A stretch of 64,000 nt of DNA. It comes from Blasia pusilla. Its lineage: Eukaryota. The stretch is from the NCBI GenBank assembly GCA_050084515.1, contig CM114271.1:7564001-7628000 (forward strand), read 5' to 3'. Below are positions 1-11,550 of the stretch, piece by piece (the first letter of the stretch is position 1; each line of letters starts with the position of its first letter). The position numbers and the translations under genes are program-made. A model generated the notes under the pieces. That model saw nothing but the letters and a program-made list of their open reading frames with translations, did not search any database and was not told the origin of the DNA.

Positions 1-99
1 CTCGAGTCTTGCCCCCAACCAGTGCCTCAACCGTCTCGGTAGGCATGGGTCTCACCAACGCAAAAAATGTAATATGTTTCATCCTCAAGTGACCCTGCT

Positions 100-1065
100 C
101 AGCCACTCCTAAGCTGAAAATCCATGTCAAGCGGTTCAAGTCCATCACCTGACCGAAGATATGATGTCATGATGCCTCTAAGAGGAACGGTATTTTCGTC
201 ACTCCTGTGGGAAATCCCATCGCTCGCTCTCGCTCATTGGCGTTATGCTCCACCAACCTTTACATATGGTCATCCCAAACCAAGCCAGGTCGAGCCTCCT
301 TGAATGCATAGGAAGCGGGAAAACTCACCAATGTGGGAAAGGCTGCCTGTGGCATGCCAATCCTGTTGACTACAGTCAACGGAAATCCATCATTGTGCCT
401 CACTGCTTGTGATCGACGACCTCGATCCAGAATTGAATCCACCAAAAAATCAGAGGGGTGCTCCACTCTTGCATGCACCCTCTATAAAACCTCATGTGGC
501 ACCAAGTTGGTCCACCAAAGACGCGGGCAATGTGTTCGTGAACCTACACTCGCCGCATCCAACCACACTGTTGAGCCGATCCATGCACGCACCTGATGTG
601 CACTCATCACCACACGAGACCTCAAATCGCCCAAAATCGGCACATTCTCGGGAATGTATGCTGGAGAACAAGACTAATGCTCCTTTAAATATTGTAGGAT
701 CCGCATCTTCTCCCAAAACAACCTGGACCGCGAGTCAACTAATCCGCTACCCCGTCCAACACTCGACTGGCCTTGACACGGCCAACCAACAATGACCAAG
801 TCTATCGTCCCTACCCGCTTCAAGTCCTACGCCCCCAACAATGAAATGTCCCTTGGTAGAGAACTCTAGTATGCCTGGACAACGGACGCAGACAACAAGT
901 CGGGAAAACGAAGGCGTAACTGCGCCACATGGCAAAGTGAAGCGCGCCTCGTAACATCATCAATCTCCACATACAGGTACTATTGTATGCGTACTCTTGC
1001 TTGCAAAACAGTAGCTAACCTAGTGCTGGTCCCTCCAAAGAGATCCAACACCCAAATACCCTCCT
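100..1065 (-). pseudogene. DNMT3-like cytosine-5 DNA methyltransferase domain within retroelement pol (stops and frameshifts)
   Basis: Manual translation gives motif I GIWVLDLFGG, motif II YLYVEIDD, motif IV DLVIVGWPCQGQSSVGRGSGL (about 741-805), motif VI AYIPENVPILGD, motif VIII LDAASVGSRTHCPRLWWTNL, motif IX ERERAMGFPTGVT and motif X HIFGQVMDLN, all in canonical order. Confidence 0.92.
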
Positions 1066-1439
1066 CTGAGATGCACCACACAATTGGGGTGATGTCCAAA
1101 GGGGTCATCATAGCACTCTTGGCTACCTTGGGTTTCTCTGACCCGTCATGCTCTTGTGCAAACGTCTTGCTCCACACGGTCTGCACATGCTCAGTGGTTA
1201 AACATCGAAGCTCCTCAGTCGAGCCTCAAAGAGACACCACTCCTCTCCATAGAAATGTTAGGAACATGAGTGTCCTTTGCATGGACGTGTCTCTCAATCA
1301 AATCACTAGGCCAAGTGATGGCCCTGCTAAATGCTGGTAAGGTCGCGATCTCTCTTGGCCGGCGCTCAATCACTGCACCTGTGAATCAAACGGGTAATGA
1401 GCTAAGGCGCCGATCATCTTATTGCCATCCTAGTCTATA

Positions 1440-2462
1440 GGACGTCGACTCCTCCAAATAATCCAGGGAAAACCCCATCGGGTACAACACTGCTCCACCA
1501 ACCAAGACTTTGCAGGACTCTACATCAGTCACTATCGCCTTGGCTCGCACCACGGACTCATCTGTAGGATATCCCGGACGAATCCTCACCACAACCTTCT
1601 GTCAGGTGATATACTCTATGGTACTCGCTCCACCCAAGAATGTATGTATCCAGAATGGACAACGATCCACATCGGTCCTCGTCAAGCCCAAACCTTTGAA
1701 TACTGCTTTCCCCAACATCATGGGTTGCGCTCCTGAATCCAACAAGATGCGTTGCGGACTAAAAGCTCTACCTCCTAGACTCACCAACTGGAAGACCTCT
1801 CCTTGGTTGTCTAGCAAAAAAACACCAAGAGAAGCCATGGCAATCTGTGTTGCGGGTCTAGCAGGTATCTCTGCCATCCTAGCATCCGTAGCCTGCCAAG
1901 AATCTGACGTGGACAGCCCAAGCATCAGCTCCAAGGACAGGCCCATCACCTCCTCTGCAATCACCTCTGAACATGATGCAGGAACTCCAACTCCACGCTC
2001 ACATAGCATAGCGGCCAGCCGGAAAACCTCGGCGGGTGTACCTCCCAACGTTATAACATGAGAAGTAGAAAATAAAGGAGCACGGTACACAACAGTGGCC
2101 GCCCCCAACAATGTGCTCGACACATGCTCCTTTTGAGCATAAGCAATAGGAGTCGTCGCACTCGCTTTTCCCATCGCCTTCCGTGCTTGCACACCAATAA
2201 CATCACCAACTCTCCGAGAACTCTTATCAGGACCCATCAATGGGATCCTCATTGCCTCGGCCAATGTGAAGGATTGAGAAAGCCTAGTGTGTTTCTTGGC
2301 TTCCCATCGTTGTGGATCCAACTGTGCGGCTGCTCCACGCGTAACAACTACGGCGGCCTCCATATGGGCAACCCCGCACATCCAACCAGGATCCTCCATA
2401 TCTTTGGCGGCTCCATAAGACGTTGATGCCATGGATCTAGCATCAGGTAACCTCAATGCCAT
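1440..2462 (-). pseudogene. Retroviral-type aspartic protease region
   Basis: ORF 1602..2462 contains RILLDSGAQPMMLG. The downstream VLVGGAVLYP segment is in a shifted frame. Confidence 0.8.
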
Positions 2463-2503
2463 AGCGGCAATCTGCTGCTGTAGCTTCTAGATCTGAGCAG
2501 CCA

Positions 2504-3920
2504 TCATAGCCTCATGCCCGATGTCTCCCTCGACGCGTCTAGGTGGGACTCTAGCTCTTCCACGGGCAACTCCACCACCCCCTTAGGCGAATCCAACTCC
2601 TCATCCCCCAACAAGACCACATGATGTGCGACCTCTAGGCCGGCCCACCCGGACCGACAACTAGCTCTGGTGCCCTCTCTGGCCTCGGTCGGAACATAAC
2701 TCAGGATGAAGTTGAAACACCTAGTGCATATGTGACCATAGCTCTGAAAATAGTCACACTGATAACCTCTTGGTGCAGCACCATCTCCTCCTCCATGCTG
2801 AGGCACGCGACTTTGACCCTCACGAGTGCAATCGCGTTGATGATGGGCTCTACCACATGACCAACAAGTAATTGCAGGCGGCTGCTGCTGAGCCGCATTT
2901 GAAGGCGCAGGTCTCTGTGGCACGGCCTCCCGGTATTCTCCCTGAGCTCGTGGTGCCACAGACCTATCTTGGAATCCACATTGCTGCACTTGTGGTACAG
3001 GCAATCATGACTGCTCTCGCCTAGAATCCATGGTGGCTACGGTCTCCTCTGCCATGCTGCGCTCAATATTCTTGGCGGTCCTAAAAACATCTCTCAACGT
3101 AGGGGAGGTGTTCATAAGAAGCACCCCCTCCCGCACACATGTCCGCAAGGTCCGGTCCAGCATCGTGTTTCATAAGCGCATAGCCAGAGCCTCTGTCACC
3201 CCCTAAGTGACGTTAATCAACCGGCGTAAGTGGTTATAGGCCTCATGCAAACTCTCACTCGGGTGCCTCTGGAAGTCGTGGATGCTCCGCAACTTCTCCG
3301 TCTGTTCCCCCTGGTAGCTCGCCCTCAACTCAGCAAAGAACTCAACCACGGGGTTGAACTTGGGACAAACTCGACTGGACGATGCAACTGCTCCAATGCA
3401 AGTCACCCCTCCTACAACATCATTGGTGGAGGAACCCTCTCTTACCTCCTCCTCCTCGTCGGGAAATGGTTCAGTCCATGACACATAGTATGGGTCATAG
3501 TAGAGTCTCCAAGCCTCAATCTCATGGTCATATCTCTGCAAGAACTCATGGTAATCGTCCATGGGTGCCCCGCCTAAATGTTGGAACATTTTTTTCCATT
3601 CCATAAACGGGTTAAAATCTTTGGAGTTCCTAGCCCGTTGTGAGTCACACCAACTCCTAAACTCTACAATGAAGTCGTGTAACTCTATAGTGCCTATAGC
3701 ACCCAAAAACCTACGCGGTCCTCTATCCCGGTCATCCATCTCGTACACCCAACTGGTAGGACCACTCAATGTGTGTGATGGATCACTAGCACACTCCTCT
3801 ACACTCTCCCCCTCGTCTGAAGAAGACATAGAAAGAGATCGAGGTGGTCTCTCAGGTGGAGACTCTCAAAACCTCGCACCACTCCGGGTCAACCCTCTAG
3901 AGCTACTCTCAGGTCCACCA
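2504..3920 (-). pseudogene. gag with CCHC zinc knuckle(s), degenerate
   Basis: ORF 3203..3829 is retrotransposon gag-like and ORF 2504..3004 contains CWSCGRAHHQRDC. Confidence 0.75.
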
Positions 3921-6479
3921 CCTCGCCTCTCAAAGTCTCAAAAGGATGCCGTGGTGACCCTTCTGCCCCCCTCACACGATCACTCTCAACCTCACGAGTA
4001 ATCACTCAAGCACTCAACTAAACATGCGGCACTCAATCCACACTCTCTCACTAAGACGTGTGCTGTGCGGCAATAAGCAGTGCAGTGCAAAAAATAGAAG
4101 ACTGTCCTATCATCTTATCAAAAAGACATACCCTCAACTCTGGACATCCCACACAGGTCTATGTCCCCTAAACCCATACATCAATGATGCTCTCAGCATC
4201 TGCACAAAATCCAATATCCCCAAATAACTTCCCAATACCCAAAAATCACTAACACGTGCACGGCACAAGACCAGAATGGATAACCTGACAACAAGTATCA
4301 ATGTCGCCCCTGAGCAATTGAAAAACCTTGGCCCCAACTCGGACGTGAAGACAACTCCTCCAAGCAGCAAGTCGTACTCCTTTGGTATTGACGATGCTCA
4401 AATCTCCTGGATGTGCGGTGCGGGTCCAGCGGTACGGTGCGGCACTCGCGGCACGGAACGGCTACAAACGGCACGGCATGGCACTCAGGAATGGGGTGCT
4501 GCACTTAGCGGCGTACCCTCCTAGACAACAAACACAATCTGCTCCTCAATGATGGTGCGGCTCGGCGATCGAGACGATGCGGTGCGGCCACAAGCGGCAC
4601 AACGCGGCAATCGGTGACGCGTTGCGACTACGGGCGTCAAGGCACGGTACTCAATCGTCCTCCAGAGGCTATAAATCATGGCATAACAAAGCGGATGGAA
4701 CACTACGACCCCATCAATAAAAAAATGCAAACGGCCGGCTGCGAACGCAAGCAGCCGCGACGGTCTGGGACAGAGATTCAGACGCCCGGATCCACAGGCG
4801 GCAGAAACGTAGGGTCGGATGGAGCAATGCACGGTTGCACGACGGCTCACTATTTTGTTGGCACTAGGAGGTACGAAAACCGGGTAGCGGCCTTTGAGCG
4901 TCGACGGACCATACAGCTTACAACGGCGGTAGGAAGTGCACAGTTGGTTTGCGCGTCTCTGGGACAGTCGGCTAGAACGTGGTAGGATAGATATTGTCCC
5001 CCGCTAAATTTTATATATATATATATATAAATTTTTTAACTAGAATAACCCCCCGAGGAAATTAGATCTCCACTATCTTTCCTTACTTGACAGCCCCCCA
5101 CCTGACAGATCTGGAAATCGAATGCCTTACCACAAATCCCTCCTAAGATTGAGGGTCAACACCCCCCAAAAATGGGATCTACTCAACCTACCTCCAAAAT
5201 GCTGAATTCATTTGTCCTATCCACCAAGTAAACTGATTTTTTTTCTACCTCTCAAGAAAGAATTTCTACCCAAAAATTTTGAAATTTCCCTCACACCTTG
5301 GAACGGTGGCTATGGCAGCCCAACAAAAATGATCATAACTCCGTGCTCCAATCTCCAAATTGTGCACCATTTCTTCAACATCGTACACCACTTCCCGATC
5401 TAGGACCTCATCAAATTGGTTTCTCCATTTAATTTTCCACCATAAACTGACAGGGACTCTCATGCAATCCAACGTCTCTTTCTCCTACACAAAATTTGGC
5501 TGCGCTTCCGTGCTGATTTCTCCCGGAAAAAATGTAAAACCTGTGAAAATACAGCAAGCTACGTGGTGCTCCCGAGAGCACTATGGCATGGGGCAACCTG
5601 CGCCTATACTCAATCCCTATAAAAAAATTGGGCAGCGCTTCCTCGCGCCACTCTTCCACACGAAAAATTGGCAAAAGAAACATCAAAAGTAAGCCACTCT
5701 TGCTTCGGTGAGCACTCCCATGAACCGTTGAACAAGGAATACAATCCCCAACCTGAAAAACCAGCGAGTGACCAACGAGCTCCCCCATGAAGCTCTCTCA
5801 CTCACTCATTCTCTCTTTGTAAATCAAGATCCAATATCTCTCAACACCATAGCTCTCAAATGTGTGCACCCTCACATGTCTCTCTAAATGTCAAACCAAA
5901 CCCACTCTCCTAATGAGAGGCTTGGGTTACACTTTTAAGGCAAGCAAGACCATAGCTCCACTGCCTCATGCCAAGAGGTTCAACAAAAAGAGAATGAGCT
6001 CTCAAGCTCTCTCTCTTGGAGGTATACCACCTTCCCTCTCCCAAGCTCTCTCCTCGATAACCTTTGCTTGCAGGTCACCTCCTTGGCTCTTGACCTACTG
6101 TAGCAGGTCAAGGGCCACTTCCCAAAGTGGAAAGTCACCTATACTCCAAATGGAAACTTACCCAAAATAGTAAGTTTCTCTATATGGCTCCAAATGAGCG
6201 GAAACAAAGGGGAAACATGGTCTCTCAGGTTACCCATGGCCTCAAAAGTCATCGTTGATCTCCTGAGGCTGTCCTCCAATATCTCCAAAGTTGCTCTACT
6301 AGATCTTGCCAATCTATCCTAAAAGTCGTGACAACATAGTTTATAATGATTTTTCAACTCCACAATTTTATCAGGTCAATCTGTAACTTTTTGGGCAAAG
6401 TACTCCTAACAACAAAAGTTGGCAACAACGGAAGAGACCATGGGCCACTTTCCAACTTTTATTCGAGTGGGTCATTTCT

Positions 6480-7180
6480 TCTCAAGATTCTTAAAAGCAC
6501 CACAAGACCAATGAGTTGGGTTGCGAAGAACATGAGGTACACGAAGTCGAAGTTGGGGGAAGAGATGGATCATGGACTAGATGAGGGTCATCTTAATCAT
6601 TGACGGTCTTGAAGTAGTAACCGCTATTATTTTTTCCACTTGATCGTTTCCTAGAGCCTTGATGCCATGATTCCTACTATTTTGGAATTCCTCGCTATGA
6701 GCATTACCTATCTTATGATCCTTGGGATGCAAACCCCCCAAAATTTTTGGGGGTGTGCACATAAAGATGCTGGAAGCCAACATACAACCTGAAATAATTG
6801 CAATGAGGGTGGCGAAAGTCTCCGAGAGCTTGTAGGCTTTGATGAGAGCTAGTTAAAATTTACTCTAGACAATAGAACCCGCACCTAATCCAGCCACTAG
6901 AAACCAAATGCCACTCCTTGATAATCGGGGAAAAAATTCTTGAGTGTTGATATTGGCGATATGTAGTTGATGTCGAGACCGAACTTTCCCAGAAGTCCAT
7001 AGCCAACATAAAGCCCACCTATTGATTTCCTGTGTAAGAAGAAGGACGCAATGCCATGGCCAATTGTGAATACCTTTGATCCTAGCATAAGTCCTCTACG
7101 AGACCCATGGCGCTCAATCCACGACCACATAATCATGGAAGTTGTTCCAAATATGCTTGCCATTTGAAACAAAACAAGTT
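6480..7180 (-). pseudogene. MFS transporter remnant, oxalate:formate antiporter (OFA/YhjX)-like
   Basis: Reads LYVGYGLLGKFGLDINYISPISTLKNFFPDYQGVAFGF, then after a frameshift VAGLGAGSIV, then MLASSIFMCTPP and SPNFDFVYLMFFATQLIGLVVLLR. This matches the GYISPxSTLxxxFPDxxG pattern of OFA-type MFS proteins. Confidence 0.7.
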
Positions 7181-8230
7181 ATCAATGTACTGATAGCGCC
7201 TCATAGCATTTCTGAACATGTCATTTACGATTCCAAACTTTTGCACAAGTGATCACTGAAGAAACACGAAAGCTCAATTGGACATGGATATTTTCCAAAG
7301 CCCAACAAGTTAAAAAAAATATTTTGATATAAAGCTCATGAAGGCGATTATTTAGGATCAAAGCTCTCCTTCCCAACACTTAATCAAGACTTGTTCCCAA
7401 AATTTGAAGATATGTACTCGACAAATTTTTTTTTGCAGAGATCCAGTTTGCATATTAAACACCAATTTTGGCATTCTTGGTGACTTAAAACATTTATGGG
7501 TTTTCTAAACCCTTCATTATTTCAAATTTCCTCAAATTCATGCTTCCAAATAAAATGAGGACTTCTGTTCATTTAAATCTGAATCACAATCTTCTCCACA
7601 GCAACAGTTCCACTCTAAGTTCCACTCATCTTTTTTATGTGCAATTAGTTCTCTTATTCTACCAAGGATCAACATATGAGAAATTAAATGTTCTTGATGT
7701 TTATTGAAAATTTTTTATCAACATCTCGGGCGACGGTGGTGCTGTGGCTTATAATTGATTCACTGACAGTCAACTTGCAAAGGCGTCCTTATGGTCGGAC
7801 ATTCAAATATTATCTCGGATGTACTTGTGTTAACTGACGGGGGAAAAGTTGTATTCTTCATTTGTAAAAAAATGTTGTTATTGCGAGTCAGATAGCCGTC
7901 TTTTGGAAAAAAAAAATCTTGTTGAAATCCTTGCAAGCCTGGGGGTCACTAATTAACGGTTCTGAGATGAACATCTGCACGTATGATAACAAATGCATGG
8001 AATTTAATGAGGTCAGTGCGACATGCCTTGCTTGGCCAGATTTGTGTGGATAAAATGAAGAACGAGGTTTCCTTCACCTCAACGACATTCAAATGCAGAC
8101 TAAAGGTTATGCTTTTAGGTTCAGAATTTGCAAAAATGGAACTTAAGTTCTAGTTATTTCTAAAGTCTTTGTCTTGTAGTTGTGGGTGTCAGGGCTCTGG
8201 CCTTCATCTTCATCAGGAGGAATATTGTAT

Positions 8231-9634
8231 GGTTAGTAATCAAAATTGAAATATTGATGTGGGTGAAATCCTCTTGACCGCGAGAAATCAAACATCACAG
8301 ATTATAAAACAAAATTATTCTACGGCCCATATACAACTGTAGAAGCAAAAGTTTAAATATGGCATGGCACCATGGATGGATTAGAGAAAGGATAGACTTT
8401 GCAAAGGTTCATCCATTGGGCCGCAAGAATATAGCATGGAAATAAGTACAATCAGTGTGTTGGGAGGCCACTTGTTTGGTGGATCTTTGTCTTCAATGTG
8501 GTTGCAAGAAGTCAGGAAAAAGTTCTAAATCGGAACTTAAGTCCCAAATCCTCCTCTCCTCCAAAAACAGAACAGAAAAAAAACATCAACTGGAACATGT
8601 CCGTAGATGGACTTGTTATGGCTACGCATGAGCTCCATCCAACGGAATTGGATCTTGAGAGCCAATTGAACATCATTCAAAACTGCATTTGAAACTCTAG
8701 TTCCAAATTAGTTCCGACCCATCGCCTATCCTCCAAGATTCTGGAAAGTCCAATTTGGTGATAGCCCTATAGTAGCCCGCAGAAGTAGTTGTTCCAAAAA
8801 TGACTCCAAATGGGATTTACAGAGACAATTAAATAGCGATTCAAAACTCTAGTTCCAAATGACGGAGTGGACTCATCAAAACCATTGCAAAATACCGCTA
8901 TTATAACCATGAGACATCCTCCACTCCGAATCTTCTATCTCTTTGGATCTGTCATTGGAAATCTAAATGTACAAGGAGTTACTCTAAACCAAAGATTGGA
9001 TGCTCTTAAGTAAGCAAGTATAAGATTTTCGAGTGTTTCGATTTCAGCGAAGAACACCAATAATCTTTCGCTTGCATTAAGACAACATCCATCGGCAAAA
9101 AGTTCTCTGAATTCTTCTACACTAAGCCACTCAAAGTCATTTGATGCACTAACCATATTTACAAATACTATATCGTAAAGGACATACAACTCATCCTCTT
9201 CCACCGCACTATTTACAATAGTCTGGAAAAATCCATCCTCCTTGTTTTTGAAAGGTCTTGTTGGCGGTAGCCATACATTTTCCCGTGGAAGGACCTATTC
9301 CGACAATGACATAGAGCTCCTAGCGATGGAATCGGGTTTCGGGAGGCACTCAGAACTCTAGTTCTGAATGCCTCCTGACAAGTGGAAACCAAACAAGTGG
9401 CCTCCCAACACACTCATTGTACTTATTTCCATGTTATATTCCCGTGGCCCAATGGATGAACCTTTGCAAAGTCTATCTTTTCTCTAATCCATCTATGGTG
9501 GCGCGCCACATTTGAACTTTTGCCACTACCCTATATATGGGCCGTAGAATAATTTAGTTTCATAATCTATGATGTTTGATTTCTCGCGGTCACGAGGACT
9601 TCACCCACATCCACACTTCAATTCTGATAACTAA
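8231..9634. repeat. Inverted repeat pair with arms of about 250 bp (8231-8480 and 9388-9634)
   Basis: For example, GTGTGTTGGGAGGCCACTTGTTT near 8455 is the reverse complement of AAACAAGTGGCCTCCCAACACAC near 9391. Similarity continues along the arms. Confidence 0.85.
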
Positions 9635-9649
9635 TTGAATTTTTGGGAC

Positions 9650-10810
9650 TCTTATCGAGTCCCAAACATTTTCCCCAAAAGTAACTGGTCTGGCTACGGC
9701 ATAGCTTCTACCGATGGAATCTGGTTTTGAGAGGCATTTGGAACTCTAGTTCTAAAGGAGATCCAATCCACCACCTATCCTCCAAGATTCCAGAAAGTGT
9801 GCTTGGCGATAGCCCTATAGTAGCCCGCGGAAGGAGCTGTTCCAGAAACCGCTCCGAATGGGATGTGAAAGGACAATTGAATAGCAATTCGGAACTCTAG
9901 TTTCAAATGAACTCCGACCCCCTAGCTATTCTCCTTGTGTTTGAAAGGTCCTCTTGGTAGTAGCCATACATTTTCCCGTGGAAGGACCTAGTACGGCACT
10001 AACATACAACTCATACCAATGGAATCTAGTTTCAAATGAGATCCAACCCACCGCCTATTCTTGAAGATTCCAGAAAGTCCTATTGGCGATATCCCTATAG
10101 TAGCCCGCGGAAAGAGTTGTTCCGGAAAGGGCTCCGAATGGGATCTGAGGAGACATTTGAAGTGCAATTCGAAACTCTACTTCCAAATGAACTCCAACCC
10201 ACCGTCCATCCTCCTTGTATTTGAAAGGTCTTCTTGGTGGTAGCCATACATTTTCCCACGGAAGGACCTATTTCGACATTGACATACAACTCCTACCGAT
10301 AGAATTAGGTTTCGGGAGGCATTTGGACTTCTAGTTTCAAATGAGATCCAACCCACCGCCTTTCCTCCAAGATTTTGGAAAGTACTCTTTGCGACAGCCC
10401 TACTGTAGCCAATGGAAGGAGCTGCTCCGAAAATGACACACCTCCTATTGATGGAATCGGGTTTCGGGAGGCATTCGAAACTCTACTTCCAAATGAACTC
10501 TGACCCCCTAGCTATCCTCCTTGTATTTGAAAGTTCCTCTTGGCGAGTCCCAAACATTTTCCCACGAAAGTAACTAGTCCGGCTATGGCACAACTCTTAC
10601 TGATGGAATCTGGTTTTGGGAGGCATTCGGAACTCTAGTTCTGAATGAGATACAGCCCATCGCCTATCCTCCAAGTATTTGGAATGTCCTCTTGGCGCTA
10701 GCCTTACAGTTGCCCACACAAGGAGCCAATCGAGCTACGGAAATACTCCTAGTGCCGCAATGGGATTTCAAGAGCGAATTCAAGGGCATTCATAACTATA
10801 GTTCCAATGG
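9650..10810. repeat. Tandem array of about 150-bp units with two alternating subtypes
   Basis: The core (A/G)AACTCTA(G/C)TT(C/T)CAAATGA recurs near 9742, 9893, 10025, 10173, 10328, 10480, 10631 and 10793. Related units lie at 8600-8860 and 9230-9370. Confidence 0.85.
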
Positions 10811-11550
10811 CAGGGATGTTATATTCCAACCACTAAACCTGAACTTAGGTTCTGATTCTTCCATTTTTTTCGAACAAATGTACGCTACCAAGTCTGATGA
10901 ACTTCACAACTAAACCTATGGTTTTACTAAGTGCTAATTGTCAGTGTTTACTTCCATTCCCCCAATGAAACCGACTCGCTTAATAGTACAGAGGTGGCAC
11001 CATTCACGATTCAAGTACTAGAACCTCTGAGACAATACATCCGTCACCTTTGATTTCCATCACATATTCATCAGAGGACGCAAAATAATTCAATAGAATA
11101 TCTCAAATTTGGAACTCAAGTTCCAAATGAGTATGAGAACATATCCATCGGCAAATAAACCCGACATACACATCTAGAAAGATGCTTCACACTCAGAAGC
11201 TTTTATCCTCTTCAATATGTTATATTTCACGTTCTATTTACAAATGTACCCAATGGCATCATTGTACAATATCATTGCGGCTTATCCTTAATCTCGGTTG
11301 CTTCTCTTCCTTCTCAATTGCGAGATGATCTCATCCTTGGCAATGTCGGAAACCTCCTCTGGATTAACCTAATGGACATACTTATGGAATATATCGGCAT
11401 ACTCACTCCAACTAAACCTTCCGTCTCTCGGAGTCACCAAAACTCTCGTGAAATCCACTTGGAGATCTTCCTTGAAACTCATGTAAATTTCTTGGAACTT
11501 AGCACTATTCAACTTCTAATACACCTTGTCCAAACTGTGTAGGTCCACAT

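Larger units (their letters stand above)
1..6333 (-). mobile_element. Ty3/Gypsy-type retroelement with a C5 DNA methyltransferase, copy 1 (5' part only; continues past the window start)
   Basis: Minus strand starts TGTCACGAC at 6333. It then reads 5' leader, gag with zinc knuckle, protease (LLDSGAQ) and C5-MTase motifs. Colinear with about 40183-46217. Confidence 0.88.

Noticed and set aside
100-1065. MTase as part of a bacterial restriction-modification system or contamination
   Set aside because: It is embedded directly after gag-protease in two diverged copies, in a eukaryotic TE context, with no partner nuclease.
9650-10810. CRISPR-like array
   Set aside because: The whole units are homologous, so there are no unique spacers, and there are no cas genes.
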